Assembly (NCBI RefSeq): GCF_963921235.1
Contig: NC_086106.1
Coordinates: 117,118,001 to 117,182,000 of the forward strand
Reading direction: 5' to 3'
Origin: Mobula hypostoma
Taxonomy: Eukaryota
Length of the DNA stretch: 64,000 nucleotides
Positions 1 through 13,487 of the stretch are shown piece by piece; the first letter of the stretch is position 1, and the number at the start of each line of letters is the position of its first letter. Position numbers and translations under genes: made by a program. Below the pieces are notes generated by a model. It saw nothing but the letters and a program-made list of their open reading frames with translations, was not told where the DNA came from and did no database searches.

Positions 1-1654
1 CATTGATTCTGTTGTGTTTCTTGGATTTATTGTGTATGCCCACAAGAAAACTAATCTCAGGGTTGTATAGAGTGAGGCATATGTACTTTGATAATGAATT
101 TACTTTGAACTTTGAGCTGGCCTTTAGTTTCCCCTCATCAGGCCAGGTAAAGCAATGGAAGGAGGACAAGTCTAGTGGGAATCGATGGCTGCTGATAGTA
201 AAGTGATACATTCTACCTCCCTCTGCAGAGCAACTGGAGAACTATCATGCAAAATCTATTGGTTTAATGTACAATCACCAAAGCTGAGCAACAATGTGAG
301 TTTCAATGTTTTTTTTTAAATAAAGTGTTATTGGAAATATTTGGGACAGAGTGTTTATATTCATTTCTAATAAAGAAATTAAAAATGCATTTTCACCTCA
401 GCCACATGATCATAAGGTCTGGTGTCCAACATATTTGTCATAGTTCCCTTTTTGGAAATAAAAAGAACATTTTGAGGATTATAACACTCTTAACTTGAAC
501 TAATTTTGTTCCTAACCTCACTGGTGGAATTAAGACCAACACTCAGTGAGCCAGGATTTCCCTTCCGATGCAAAGATGCACGCCTGCTTCCATCAAATTT
601 TACTACTCTAAGCATCCCTCTTTGGCCATACCCCAGTCTCTGTCTGGAACAAGGCCAAAAACTGAAGGGGCAATGTCGTACCAATCTCTTATTTCTTATT
701 AAAGACCATAGACCTTTTTAGTGTAATATTGTTTCATTCAGTCATAGAGCACTGCTGCATAGAAGTAGACCCCCCCCCCACCCCCCCTTGGCTTATCTAG
801 TCATGCTGACCTGTAGTCCCATCCACCCTTACCCGGACCACAGCCCTTCATATCCCTCTCATACCTGTCCAAGCTTCTCAAGTATTGCAATCAAACCCAC
901 ATCCACCACTTCTACCGGCAGCTCATTCCACACTCACCACCCTGTGTGAAGAAAAGGAAGGAAATTGCCTTTTAAGCTCACGAGAGAGCATAGGCCATCA
1001 ACATTTTGCTGTTGATGTTTCTGTAGCAGGCAATTTCTTTTTTACGAGGTCGAGTTGCTCGCTCAACGCTCAACCCAGCACGGATGGAAAGTGTTCCTGG
1101 GGAGCCAGCTGGGTTCGAACTCGGGAGCCTTTGCTACCAGCCAGCTACCCTGAGTGAAGAGGTTTCCCTTAAACATTTCACTTCTCACCCTTAACCCATG
1201 ACCTCTAGTTCTAGTCTCACCTAACCTCGGGCCTGCTTGTATTTACCTTATCTACCGTACACTCTTCATAATTTTGTATACCTCCATAAGAGCTCCCTTT
1301 ATTCTCCTACGTTACAGGGAATAAAGTCTTAAGCTATTCAATTTTGATTTAAGAGTTAAAAAAATTAAACTACATTTGACAAAACAAGACAGCAGAGACA
1401 ATTGAGGATGGTGTTCCTTGCATGTTCTCCATTCCTTTCAACTATCTGCCCACTAATGAACACTTCCTGAATTGCACAATGTATATACCTGATGATTCAT
1501 AAGACATGAGCAGAATTAGTCCATTAGACCATTTCATTATACATCAATCATGATATTCCATTTCATCATGGCAGGTATATTATCCATTAATGGACACAAG
1601 ATATTTTCTAATCAACTTAATGTATGAAAAATTAATTATTATATAATTCTTGGA

Positions 1655-2203
1655 ATATTGTGTAGTTTTGGTCTCCAAATTTGAAGAAGGACATTCTAGC
1701 TATTGAGGGAGTGCAGCGTAGGTTCATGAGGTTAATTCCCAGGATGGAGGGACTGTCATATGTTGAAAGATTGGAGTGACTGGGGTTGTATACACTGGAA
1801 TTTAGAAGGATGAGAGGGGATCTAATTGAAATATATAAGATTATTAAGGGACTGGACACACTAGAGGCAGGAAACATGCTCCCGATGTTGGGGGAGTCCA
1901 GAACCAAAGGCCACAGCTTAAGAATAAGGGGTAGACCATTTAGAACGGAGTTGAGGAAAAACTTTTTCACACAGAGGGTTGTGGTTCTGTGGAATGCTCT
2001 GCATCAGAAGGCAGTGGAGGCCAATTCTCAGGATTCTTTCAAAAAAGGGTTAGATAGAACTCTTAAAGATAGTGGAGTGAAGAGATATGGGGAGAAGGCA
2101 GGAAAAGGATACTGATTGTGGATGATCAGCCATGATCACAGTGAATGGTGGTGCTGGCTCGAAGGGCTGTATGGCCTACTCCTACACCTATTGTCTATTG
2201 TCT
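1655..2203 (+). mobile_element. CR1 LINE 3' end
   Basis: YTLEFRRMRGDLIEIYKI...FFTQRVV; ends in CTATTGT repeats. Confidence 0.9.
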
Positions 2204-3739
2204 TCTCCAGCTCCGGAAATTGTGCTGTGGGGTGGTGTTCACCTATGTAATTAGCATCATCACTGCACTGTTCTAGTTCCTCCCTAATCGCTGTACCCAA
2301 CATTTAATAATAATATACAGCAAGCAGATAAATGCAACCTGAGGATTCATGAGCACAAGTGCCCTTAACAGGTTACTTCAGATCTGTGAGTTGTCTGAAA
2401 AGTGATTGTTTAAGAAATTTATTAAAATGTTTTTAAAAATCCCTTCCTGGCTTGACCTGTATGTTCTTTTTTTCACTTCATGTGCATTTTACTAGTGTAC
2501 TTTCCTCAAACCATCAAGCTGTGCTGGCTTAAGACTCTGCACATTGTGCTTTAACCATTTTCCTGTGTAACCTGGGCTAAAATTAATCACTTATCTTTGG
2601 CATGCTTGATCTTCTTAAAAATCCACACTTGCAGTTGGATGTAGGAATCACAGTTAAAATGCACCTACAGTCAGCAAGTGCATTACTCTGAGGCCCAGGA
2701 CAAGCTAAGCTGACGCCACCATTATCTGTGGAATTCATTGCCACAGATGGCTGTGGAGGTCAAGTCATTAGATGTATTTGTGGAGGTTAATAGGTTCTTG
2801 ATTAGTAAGGGCATCAAAGGTTATGAGGAGAAGGCAGGAGAATGGGGTGGAAAGCAAAAATAAATCAGCTAAGATTGAACGGTGGAGCAGACTTGATGGG
2901 CCAAACGGCCTGATTCTGCTCCTCTGTCTAATGGTCAAACGGCAAAGCAAGCTTAATGCACAAAATGGCTTAATTCTGATCTAAATAAAAGATGAATGCC
3001 TGTGTCTCTCATTGGTAACCCAACCAATTCTGTCCAGTTCATTTCTCTCTGGGCATGTAGAAGTGGGGAAAAAACACAAGATCAAAGGATAGAAGACATC
3101 CTGCTTTTAGCTGTACAAGTATAACACTGGAAAAGTCTTGCACCTGATTTTAAGCGGCGCTTCCAGCTTTCCGCTTCGTTCTTAAAAACTAGAGCTTGTG
3201 GAGTGGAAATGCTGTACTTGAATCCTGTACTAAGATGCATCATCTCAACCTGCTGCTGTTTGGTAGAAGGTACAAGAACTTCAGGACTCACAACACCAAC
3301 TTCAAGAACAGTTACTACCCCTCAACGGTCAGGCTCTTGAACGAGAGGGGATAACTACACTCATATGTCAAGGTGTTCCCACAACCAATGATCACACTGT
3401 AAGGACTCTATGTTGTTATCCAATGTTCTCATTATCTATTACCATTAATATAGATTTGCATTTGCAGTTTGTTGTCTTCTACACTCTAGTTGAGCTTTCA
3501 TTGATCCTGTTATAGTCACTATTCTATAGATTTGCTGAGTATGCCTGCAGGAAAGTGAATCTCAGGATTGTATACGGTGGCATATATGTACTTTGATAAT
3601 AAATTTACATTGAACTTTGAACTGTATTATGAAGTTCCCTCCATCCCTTTTCAAAGGGTCACTTGCTTTCACCGTTTCCTCCAGAATATAGATATATATC
3701 AGTATGATAGACACACTGATTTTAACATTTTACTTCTGT

Positions 3740-4055
3740 ATCTAGGTGGCGGGGTGGAGATACATCTCTACCAAAGGAGGTGTAAAGTGCTCCTTCCCTC
3801 CGCTAACCTACAGGTCACCCTTGAACAAGGTGTAGCATCTACTTAGACCCCTGATCAGGGTCACGGGAGCATATCACAAGTCCTGGTTATGCAACCACTG
3901 ACGCCAAGCAGACAATCCCTGAGGATAATGAGAGGGACAATACCCAGAAGGCAATGGCAAACCACTTCTGAGAAAAGTTTGCCAAAAGTAATCATGGTCA
4001 TGAAAACTATGATCACCCATGTCAAACAACACGGCACACAATGATGATGATGACT
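3740..4055 (+). mobile_element. Non-autonomous RTE-derived retroelement (second copy at about 13070-13385)
   Basis: Two homologous copies in the window; BovB/RTE-like 3' GAAGGCAATGGCAAACCACTTC and (ATG)n tail. Confidence 0.7.
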
Positions 4056-4284
4056 GCTTTATCGGGTTCAAAACAAGCATCCATGCAGAATTTCGTCTGC
4101 AATGTCTTCAACAGAGCTTTTTTTTTTACATTCTGAAGACATCAATATAGATATTTTCAACAATTTCCATAAGTCTATTAAACCATGATCATTTTACTTT
4201 GCCAGTGTGATAGATATAGAAATATAAAATATGGTTTTAAGATGTTTTCTGTAATTTCTGTACTACATAATTATACAAGAGTTC

Positions 4285-4382
4285 ACCATCAGTCCTGATG
4301 GGTCTCAGCTTGAAACATCAACTCTTTTATTTCTTTGATACTGTCTGACCTGAATTCCTCCAGTATGTTGTGTTTGTTACTC
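4285..4382 (+). mobile_element. Degenerate Penelope-like 3' end
   Basis: AGTCCTGATGGGTCTCAGCTTGAAACATCAACT...CCTCCAGTATGTTGTGTTTGTTACT. Confidence 0.6.
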
Positions 4383-5379
4383 AAGAGTTCACTATTTTGC
4401 CTCAACTCTAATTAAGCTTAATTTTTCTCTTCATGATATGCCAATAGAATTTGCAACTTTTCAGTGTTTCAAATAAAGAATTCAAACTGCAACTATGTAG
4501 AAACCTTTGGTATGTTTTTGAACCATCTGTATAAACTGTAGTTTTTTGTGGCGTCCTGAAGGATGCGGCGAACTGTACTCTTGAGAATGCAGCTATGGCC
4601 ACAATGGTCATTACTGGGTGGACTTGGGACTGGAGTGAAGTGGCAAGGCCCAGGCCGAGAGCAAAAAACAAGCCAATGTTTAGTTGATTGAAGCACCGAG
4701 CCAGATTAAAAAGGTTAAAGCATCGAGGGCAAGGGCAAAGAACAAACTGGTGATCAGCTCACTACTCTGTGAGGCTTTACTTGCCTCAGTGCTGGGCTGA
4801 CTTTGCAGCTGTGGCCAGCAGCAAGTGGGCTCCTGGACCCGCAGCAGCAGTGAACTGGCTCTGTGGTTATGGACTCACTTTCCGGGACTCTGCGGTTCAT
4901 GTCTGGCTATTTGTTTACTTTAAAAAAATAGTTTGCACAACTTGTTCTTTTCTTACACATTGGTTGTTTGATGATCTTTGTTATATGGAATTTTTTTGTG
5001 GACTCTAGTGTGTTCCTTTGTTTTTGGCTGCTTGCAAGAAGACGAATCTCAAAGCTGTATATGGCACATTGATAACAAATGTACTTTGAAAAGCAAGTTC
5101 AAACTGACAAAAATGGAGAAACATTTAAAATAGATCAATACCCCATAGCAACATTTTCAATGTTCTAACTCATTCATTTCCATCTCCACACTTGCTACTT
5201 TCTACACTTCCCAAAGCTATCTGCAATAGAAAACTCAAACTACATATCCAGTTCATGTTTATACCTTCCATTTTATGGTAAAATATTTAGTTTACATTAT
5301 GAAACAAAGATTAAAGTTAACACTTCAATAATGCTTCTCCTCCAGATTCACGAGTATGGTGTTCAAGATGAAGACCCCA

Positions 5380-5400
5380 TCAGTCAATGTTTTCTAATCC
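5380..5400 (-). CDS. NDUFA1: NDUFA1 coding exon 3
   Basis: ttctgttttaacAG acceptor, then GGA TTA GAA AAC ATT GAC TGA = GLENID*, the conserved C-terminus; total CDS 213 nt = 70 aa plus stop. Confidence 0.95.
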   Translation of the reverse strand, partial: GLENID

Positions 5401-5586
5401 CTGTTAAAACAGAAGAATTAATTAGGACATTTATTTTACATAAACAAAATCAAAGTAATATATTATTGTTTAGATCTACCATACATATAATTTGCCACTT
5501 TTATAACCGGCATTGTAAGATGAACTTTTAAGTGGATTCAATTTGAGGTCAATGCATTTCAGCATTCATATTCCCCGAGAATTTAC

Positions 5587-5676
5587 CTTTGAGTTGAAAT
5601 GGATCTTGCCACCAGACACTCTTCTGTCCCTTTCTAACAGAATCCATTGATATGGTAACCGGGCAGTTCTTTTTTC
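5587..5676 (-). CDS. NDUFA1: NDUFA1 coding exon 2
   Basis: ttttttatgctcAG acceptor, EKRTARLPYQWILLERDRRVSGGKIHFNSK, GTAAAT donor; 90 nt; not in the ORF track. Confidence 0.95.
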
Positions 5677-5879
5677 CTGAGCATAAAAAAATCATTGAAA
5701 TGTTAATAGAATTTGATTTTGATTAAAAGGTCATTAATTGTCATTGGATGCTATATTGCAATTTGATTTTAAGGTAACAACTAGCGACTTTTTAGTCATC
5801 AGGACTTGAACTTTCACAACACATTCTTCCACTGAGATTGCAAAAAATTCACGTACTCCCCAATTAGATCAGAATGCTG

Positions 5880-6545
5880 CACATTAGTGGAAACTGCAAG
5901 CATATTCAAACTCCTGGGAGTGCACATCAAACACAACCTCTCATGGTCCCAGAACATATCCTACACAGTCAAGAAAGGTCACCAACACCTCTACTTTCTG
6001 AGGAGGCTGAAGAGAGCTGGACTTTGCACATCCATACTCACATCATCCTATAGACGTGTATCAGAGAACATCCTGACAAGCTACATCACTGCTTGCAACG
6101 GAAGCTCCACCGCGGTAGACAGCAAGACTCTACAATGGGTAGTCAAAACTGCCGGACACATCATCGGCACCACCTACCCACCTTTAAGGACATAAAAACA
6201 GAACGATACAGGAAAAGGATCCCACCCACCCTGCTAATGGACTGTTCGTCCCACTCCCATCAGGGAGGAGGCTACATAGCATCTATGCCAGGACCACCAG
6301 ACTCAAAAACAGTTACCTTCCTCAAGCAGTAAGGCTGATTAACACCGCCACCCACTAACTCTGCCACTACTTTATTATTTCTTATTATTTCCTGTTAGTC
6401 ATCTTACGTGTTTATATTTATTGTGTTTTTATTATTGTGTTCTTTACCTTTTGTGTTTATTTTGCGCTGCATGGGATCCAGAGCAGCAGCCATTTTGTTC
6501 TCCTTTACACTTGTGCATGGGAAATAACATCAGACAATCTTGAAT
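5880..6545 (+). mobile_element. Rex1/Babar-like LINE 3' fragment in NDUFA1 intron 1
   Basis: FKLLGVHIKHNLSWS...KKGHQHLYFLRRLK...ENILTSYIT. Confidence 0.8.
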
Positions 6546-9264
6546 TCATTGAACAAAATTATGTACAGCAATTGAAATAAAGGAACTTTACTGTTTTGGG
6601 AGGAGGGAGGGGTTAAGAGGGGAATGGAGAGGACGGGGATCCAGTAAGGGACCAGCCAATTAGAACTTAAACAAGAAGTAATTTTCCCATTGAAGAGCAC
6701 TGTGTATAATCACAATGAAGACCTGCAGTTTTTCAGTGAAGTATTGGGGATTAAGCAGGAAAGTGCATGAAAGAGAGTTAGAGAAGTCAACCATGGCAAC
6801 TCTGAATATAAAGCTTAAGGGGTCATGTGACTTAAATCTCAAATTTTATTTTTGAAGATAGAGATTGCATTTCACATACTACTCACTGTAGGGATTCAAT
6901 CCAAGACTAGCCATGTAGGACATTCTCAATCCCAGTTAATCTAAGGAAATATTATGCTTAAAATCTTTTAGCATAGGGACTGCACTTTACAGTGCCTCTT
7001 ACCACTGGTTTAACTCTCACCTGTCTGCAAGGACATGTCCCTCTGTGATGGCGCAGTTTTCCTCCCACATTCCAAAAGATGTTTGGTTAGGGTTAGTGTG
7101 CTGTGGGACACCATGCTGGTGCCAGAAGCACAGCGACACTTGCAGCCAGCTTCAGCACAACCCTCAGACTATTTTACACTTTGATGCAACGATGCATTTT
7201 GCTGTGTTTCAATGTCCCTATGTGTGGTAAATTTGTGGAATTTATTACCACAGGCAGGTCTTTGGGTGCACTTAATGCAAAATTGATAGGTTTTTGATGA
7301 GACACGGTATCAAAGTTTATGGGGAGAAGGCTACAGAGTGGGGCTGAGGAGGGGAAAAATGATTCAATGGCAGAGCAGACACAATGGGCCAAATGGCCTA
7401 ATTCTGCTCCTAAGTCTTACATACATATGACAGATAAAGCTAATCTTTAAAAATTTAAATCATTCCACAGAGAAGAAAGGAATAAGTCTGTTATGTATGG
7501 AACTAATGTAAACTAAGTTTCAATGTCATGCTAGTTTAACTGTTTAAGTGTAACAGATGCCAATGTAGAAGAACTCAGCTCTATCAGCAGAAAATAATTA
7601 AAGCTCAAAATTCAAAGTAAACTTTAAACTTTAAGTATATTCAGCTGAAAGAGCTGAGTTATACAGCAGCATCTGTTAAATAAATAAATTACTTTGTACT
7701 ACCATTTTCCTTAAATATTTATGTAATTCTCTTTAGATTCTGCATAAAGAACACCTCCATTTTGACCACCTTCTCCAGACAGGAGGTAAAGAAGAGGTTT
7801 GATAAAGGTAGTGAATCTTGAAATACTTTATCAAGAAAAACAAGGTTAAGCTGGCAAGTTGAGAGTGAGAGGGGAGATTTTTAAGATCACCCATTAAAAT
7901 TCTAACAGATGTTTCGAATGTTCAAATGCAAAGGATGAATAAAGTATCTTGTCATATTTAAGAAAGGAAAACTAATGTCAACTTCAAGGCAGGGGATTGA
8001 GCCCAGCTGATGACTCTTTCAGAAAACTAATATGGGATAGATGGATGGCCAGATAAAATACAGTCTCTGCATCCATCAGTGTGCTTTGTGACCTGTCACT
8101 CCATTGCCCACTGCAGTTTTATCCTGACTACCCCCTAAATACAATGTATGAAATACACATAGTCTGATTAGACTGGTTTAACCTGGCCCTTTCCAAATTC
8201 AAGTCATTATTTTTTGATCCTTTTATTCTTTCTATTTTATTAATTTCTCTTTGCTTTAATGGTACAACTTTGAATATTTTTGTACTTTCATGTCAGTAAT
8301 GACACACTTTAACAAATACACCATCTCTGAGATGTTGTTCATTCTTGACGGTCTTTTCCTTGTACTCTTTAGGATAGCTACATCAAAGAAATGTGCAACA
8401 AATAACTCTAATCCATCAACAGGGAAGTATTATAGAGTCAGATAATATCCCAGCTGTAGCACTGAGGATTCTTCATTGCTGTTTCTGTAACAGTTTTGTT
8501 AGCCTTGAACCCGGAGGACCGGTGAATCACTGAGTCTGCCCTCTACCCTCTGAACTGCTTGGCATGGGCGACCCGACCAAGAGCCAAAGGATAAGGCCCT
8601 GACTCCAGCCAATGTGGCTCACTGGGGCATTGAGGCACACGAGCCTCCAAACCACCACAAGCTTGTGGTGCTCTTGGACATGATGAAGGAAATCCTGAGC
8701 ACAACCAGAGATGGAGGACCCTCATTGCTGCCCTAACCGCCAGCAGCATAACAGGCAATAAGCACCGAGGATGCAAGCTCCAGAACTAGCTGTTCCAGCG
8801 AGATATTCCAGTCCAGATACAACACTAGCATCCTCCAGACAGCATGACAAATTGCCCAGGTATACTATAACAGGATTCTAAGTTACTCCTAATATTGGTG
8901 GGGGGAGGGAGGGAATAGAATCAGAAGGAAGCTAATGGGTCTGTGAGAAAGAATAGCTTTAAGAGCATACTGGGTACTCTGAAAACAAAGGATGGCCTCT
9001 AGCGAACTAACGGAGCCAGTGTAGCACAAACAACTTTCAAAAAAACTCAGGATCATCTGCACTATCGCTATTTGATTGGACGACATCAACCATTCAAAAA
9101 CACCATCTACCACCAACACACAGCAGCTGCAGCGTACACCATCAGCAAAATGTACTGCAGGCTAACCCCATGACCTCTCCACCCACCAAGTTCAAGGGCA
9201 CCATCACCTGCAGATTCCACTCCCAGTCCCCAACATTATTACTTGTTATTGTGTCCAATCTCTG

Positions 9265-10750
9265 CGATTTAAGTTTGCTGACAATACCGCTGTCAGAGGC
9301 CGAATCGAAGGTGGTGGTAAATCAGCATACAGGAGAGAGATTGAAAATCTGGCTGATAAAACGAGTCCTTAAATGAGTGTATTTTATTCGAGTGCCTGAT
9401 GGCTGAGGGGTAGTAACAGTTCTTGAACCTGGTGGTGCGAGTCCTTCTACCTTAGCAGCAGGAGAAAAGAACATGGCCTGGTCGGTGAGGATCTTTGATA
9501 ATAGGTGCTGCTTTCCTATGGCAACGTTTCATGTAGACATGTTTAATAGTTGGGAGGGTTTTACCCATGATGTATTGGGCTGAATCCACTAGCTTTTGAG
9601 GGATTTTCTGCTCAAAGGCATTGGTGTTCCCATACCAGGCTGTAATGCAGCCAGTCAGCACACTTTCCACCACACATCTATAGGAATTTGATGACATGCC
9701 AAATCTCCAGACTCCCAAGTAAGCAGAGGCACTATCATGTTTTCTTCACAATTATATTTCTATGACAGGTCCTCTGAGATAGTGACACCCAGGAATTTGA
9801 AGTTGCTGACCCTCTCCACCTCTAATGATTACTCACTCATGGACCTTTGGTTTCCGTTGCCTGAAATCTACAACCAGTTTTTTGGTCTTATTGACATTGA
9901 GTCAGCAATCTAAAATTTGTCAGTGTTATCATTTCAGAGGACCTGTCCTGTGCCCAGCACACAAGTGCAATTATGAAGAAAGCACAGCAGCATCTCTACT
10001 TCCTTAGAAGTCTGCAAAGACTCGGCATGATATCTAAACCTTTGACAAACATCTATATGAAGGGTCTCAGCCCGAAACGTTGACCGTTTACTCTTTTCCA
10101 GATGCTGCCTGGCCTGCTGAGTTCCTCCAGCATTTTGAGTGTGTTGCTACAAACTTCTATAGATGTGAGGTGGAGAGCTCCATTAACTGGTTACATCACA
10201 GCCTGGTATGGAAACTCCAATGCCCTTGAATGGAATTTCTCCAAAAAGTGGAGCCCAATCCATTAAGTGTAAAGGCCTCCCTACCACTGAGCACATCTAC
10301 ATGGAGCACTGTCACAGGAAAGCAGCGTCCATCATCAGCTCTCTTCTCACTGCTGCCATCAGGAATAAGGTACAGGGGCCTCAGGACCTACACCACCAGG
10401 TTCAGGAACAGTTATTATCCCTCAACTATTAGGCTCTTGAATCAGTAGGGTTAACTTCATTCAATTCCACTCGCCCTAACACTGAACTGGTCCCACAACC
10501 TATGGACTCACTTTCAAAGACCCTTCAGCCCACGTTCTCAATATTTAGTGTTTATTCATTACTTCCTCGGCAGTTGCACATCATGTTGTCTTTTTGCATA
10601 TTGTTTGCCCGTTATGTTAAGAGCGGCTTTCATTTATTCTTTTATGTTGCTTGGATTTTCTAAGTACACCCTCAAGAAAACGTATCGCATGGTTACATAT
10701 GGTGACATATACAGTATGTACTTTGATAATAAATTTACTTGGAACTTTGA
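9265..10750. mobile_element. Rex1/Babar-like LINE (plus) with an opposite-strand copy at about 9365-9903
   Basis: KFAD-like start; YRCVVESVLTGCITAWYG on minus; family tail ATGTACTTTGATAATAAATTTACTT...AACTTTGAA. Confidence 0.75.
10058..10148 (+). mobile_element. Penelope-like 3' end (5'-clipped hammerhead) nested in a Rex-Babar LINE
   Basis: TGAAGGGTCTCAGCCCGAAACGTTGAC...GTGTTGCT; flanked by ACAAAC(A/T)TCTATA at 10045-10057 and 10149-10161. Confidence 0.78.
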
Positions 10751-10989
10751 AACCCAGGGACCCACTACCCGAATCACCATCTGCATACACCTCCCTGTAC
10801 AGCGACCCTCCAAATCTCTTCACAAGGATGGTTGGATATAGGCAATTAATGTTAAATAAATTAAAGGAGTTATAAATGCCGGAACAGTAACCGTAGGTCA
10901 AAAGCTATAGGGTGCCCCGCAGTACTATTTAAATGTACTACGTTATCTTTATCCCTAATGAGTTGACACCGTCTTGCAGTAACGATTAC

Positions 10990-11091
10990 CTTGCCACCGT
11001 TGGTAAACCTGTGAATATAGATGGTGGAGAGGCCAGGAATAGTCAAGCAAACAGCCATGAGGCCGAGGCCAGGAAGGATTTCGTACCACAT
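10990..11091 (-). CDS. NDUFA1: NADH:ubiquinone oxidoreductase subunit A1 (MWFE), coding exon 1
   Basis: Translates [34 protein letters not shown], matching the MWFE N-terminus; followed by a GTAATC donor; 102 nt, phase 0. Confidence 0.96.
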
Positions 11092-11099
11092 CCCTGCCG

Positions 11100-11607
11100 A
11101 CAGCAACCACCGACCTCCAGCGCCTCCGACCTCTACACACACTGAGCATGCGCAGAAGGCGGAATCATGCGCTTCAAGGAAAACCGGATGAGCATGCGCA
11201 GAATTGGTTCCTTGTGAGGAGTATTGCGCATGCGTACCAAGGACATTTCCCCTCGGTAAAAATAATGAGCATGCGCATTGATGAGACTTCGCGACGGGCT
11301 TTCGATGAGATTATTTAATCCAAACTGACGTTTGCCGTGTGCGCGTTTCCTTACAAACTGGTGCTTTTTCCCCTAACTTCTAACGTCCGTATGGCAAACA
11401 CAAACCCCTCTCACTAACCAGCGGGGCAGCCCATCGACGCCCCAGTTCAAATCTCGCGGCAATTTGCCGAGACTATTCCCACCTCCCGTCCTCACACCCG
11501 CCAATCAGAAAAGGAGGTTGCGTTGAGTGACGTGACGGCGAGCCGGGGCCCCAGTTGAGTTAAGTTGAATTCGGGGTCGAGGCCTGCGTGAGGTGGCGTT
11601 CATCGTG
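11100..11607. promoter_or_regulatory. Bidirectional CpG-rich promoter shared by NDUFA1 and UPF3B
   Basis: Lies between divergent ATGs at 11091 and 11608. NRF1-like TGAGCATGCGCA at 11143, 11189 and 11266, TGCGCATGCGTA at 11225; CCAAT box near 11501; CRE-like TGACGT near 11528; ETS-like CCGGATG near 11184. Confidence 0.85.
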
Positions 11608-11718
11608 ATGAAAGAGGATAAGGAGAATACCAAGCCGAGGGACAAGAAAACGGAGGTTAAATATGAAGAGCGGGTGGAGAGAGTTGAGAAGAAGGAGAAG
11701 AAAGAGGCGCTGACTAAG
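11608..11718 (+). CDS. UPF3B: Regulator of nonsense transcripts 3B, coding exon 1
   Basis: MKEDKENTKPRDKKTEVKYEERVERVEKKEKKEALTK, then GT donor; matches the UPF3B N-terminus. Confidence 0.93.
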
Positions 11719-13487
11719 GTTTGTGCAACAGTGGGCCTCAATGGGACATAGTTGGGATTAGGCTGCAAGGTCCTCTCAGTGGCTCGGTGTTTGCTGACAC
11801 ACAGTCACAGCGCGCTGCCCGTGATATGACTGGGTACTTTTTCACACCGTGCTGGATTTCAGTGTTCACTTACGCTGTTGTGTGTGGTCTGGCTAGGTGT
11901 CTGATCGCAGACACACTCCTTCTGTTGTGAGTTGTGTTTAAACACACACCCCTTTCACAGCCACTGTCTCTACGCACAATCTGTGCTGCGGCTGAGCGGA
12001 AAATAGGGGTAGGAGAAGGCTCTTCAGTTGTTTAGGCCTTCGTATACAACACGATAATGATGCTTAATCATCTACTTCAGTATTCTGCTTTCTGCCTGTA
12101 TTCCTTATTTTTGCATATGTTTGAGAAATGTATTTATCTCCATCTAGATTATATCTAACGACTCGGACTCCACTGCTTTCGGTGGTACTGAATTCTAGAG
12201 ATTTGCCTACCTCTGGATGAAGACAATTCTCCTAATCTTGGTTCTGTTGGCATACTCTGTATTCTGAAGTTTTGATCCCTTCTCTGGACTCTCCCGGCAT
12301 TAGGAGCACTCTCCCTGTATCTACTCCAATTAGAGCTTTATACGTTTATAGAGATTTATATTCTATGCTACGGTGAATGTACGCCTAACTTATCCAATTA
12401 ACTTACCCAGTTTTCTCAATATATGTTATTTTTGCATTGGAGGGATCAATGTAGTATATCTTTTTATCCTAGAAAAGAACAGAGACTCCAGAGGGCATCT
12501 CAGAAAAGCAACCCTCTCTCCTCCCCCATCCCAAATCTTATAATGAAGTTCAATATCTATTTGCCTTCCCAATTGTTTGCTGCATATGAATGGATACCCT
12601 GGTCTCATTACACTTTTTCTCTTCCCAAACTATTAATACTTGCATCTTTTTAGGAAAATAGATATCCTTCATGTTTTGACAGACTTCTGACATGCATTTG
12701 CCTGTCTGCCAGAGTTGTTCCCTCTGCCTATATCCCACCAGAGTTGCTTTCTCTGTCTACATCCCACCTTTGTGTCATTTTTAAACAAGAATCATTGACA
12801 TATGTTGTGAAAAGCTGGGGGTCAAGCACCGAACACTAGGCATCCACAGCCATTTATTGCCCACAGTAACACTGATTTGTACCACGGGTGTGGCAGGCAT
12901 TTATCCCACATATTATAATGGAAATGTCCTGTGTTGCTGCTCTGTATTTATCTCTCAGTATTTCAATCACATGTTGACCTTTGTAAATTAAGCCCATGTT
13001 GTCAAGACGAAAGCTGTGGAGCTGTTATTGTATAATTTTTTTCTCAGAGGCCTGAATTTCCTGAATATGGGTGGCAGAGTGGGGATACGTCTCTACCGAA
13101 GGAGGTGTAAGGCGCTCCTTCCCTCCGCTCACACACAGGCCACCCTTGTGCAAGGTGCAGCACCTGCTTAGCCCCTTGATCAGGGTCACGTGAAGCCGTG
13201 GGAGCAGGAGGTGCATGTCTCAAGTCCTGTCCATGTAATCATTGACACCAGGCTGGGCTGGAGTCGGTCACCTGTTTTGTAAGGACACTCTCCAGAAGAA
13301 GGCAGAAAAATTTGCCAAGAGCAATCACGGTCGCGGAAAGACAACGGTCGCCCATGTCATACAACACGGCACATCACGAATGACAAGTTTCCTCATTGTT
13401 ATAAGCATTTAATTCTAAAGATTGTTTTGAGCTCATGACTGATATTTGCCTGCAAAAAGCCTCCTAAAACTGAATTAATCTATACTT

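Noticed and set aside
397-441. Possible minus-strand first exon (MTNMLDTRPYDHVAE|gt) of the syntenic neighbour AKAP14
   Set aside because: Too short and no convincing similarity; would need tBLASTn or RNA-seq support.
10870-11142. 90-aa ORF as the full NDUFA1 protein
   Set aside because: The real start is the ATG at 11091 and the frame is spliced at 10990; the remainder is UTR and intron read-through.
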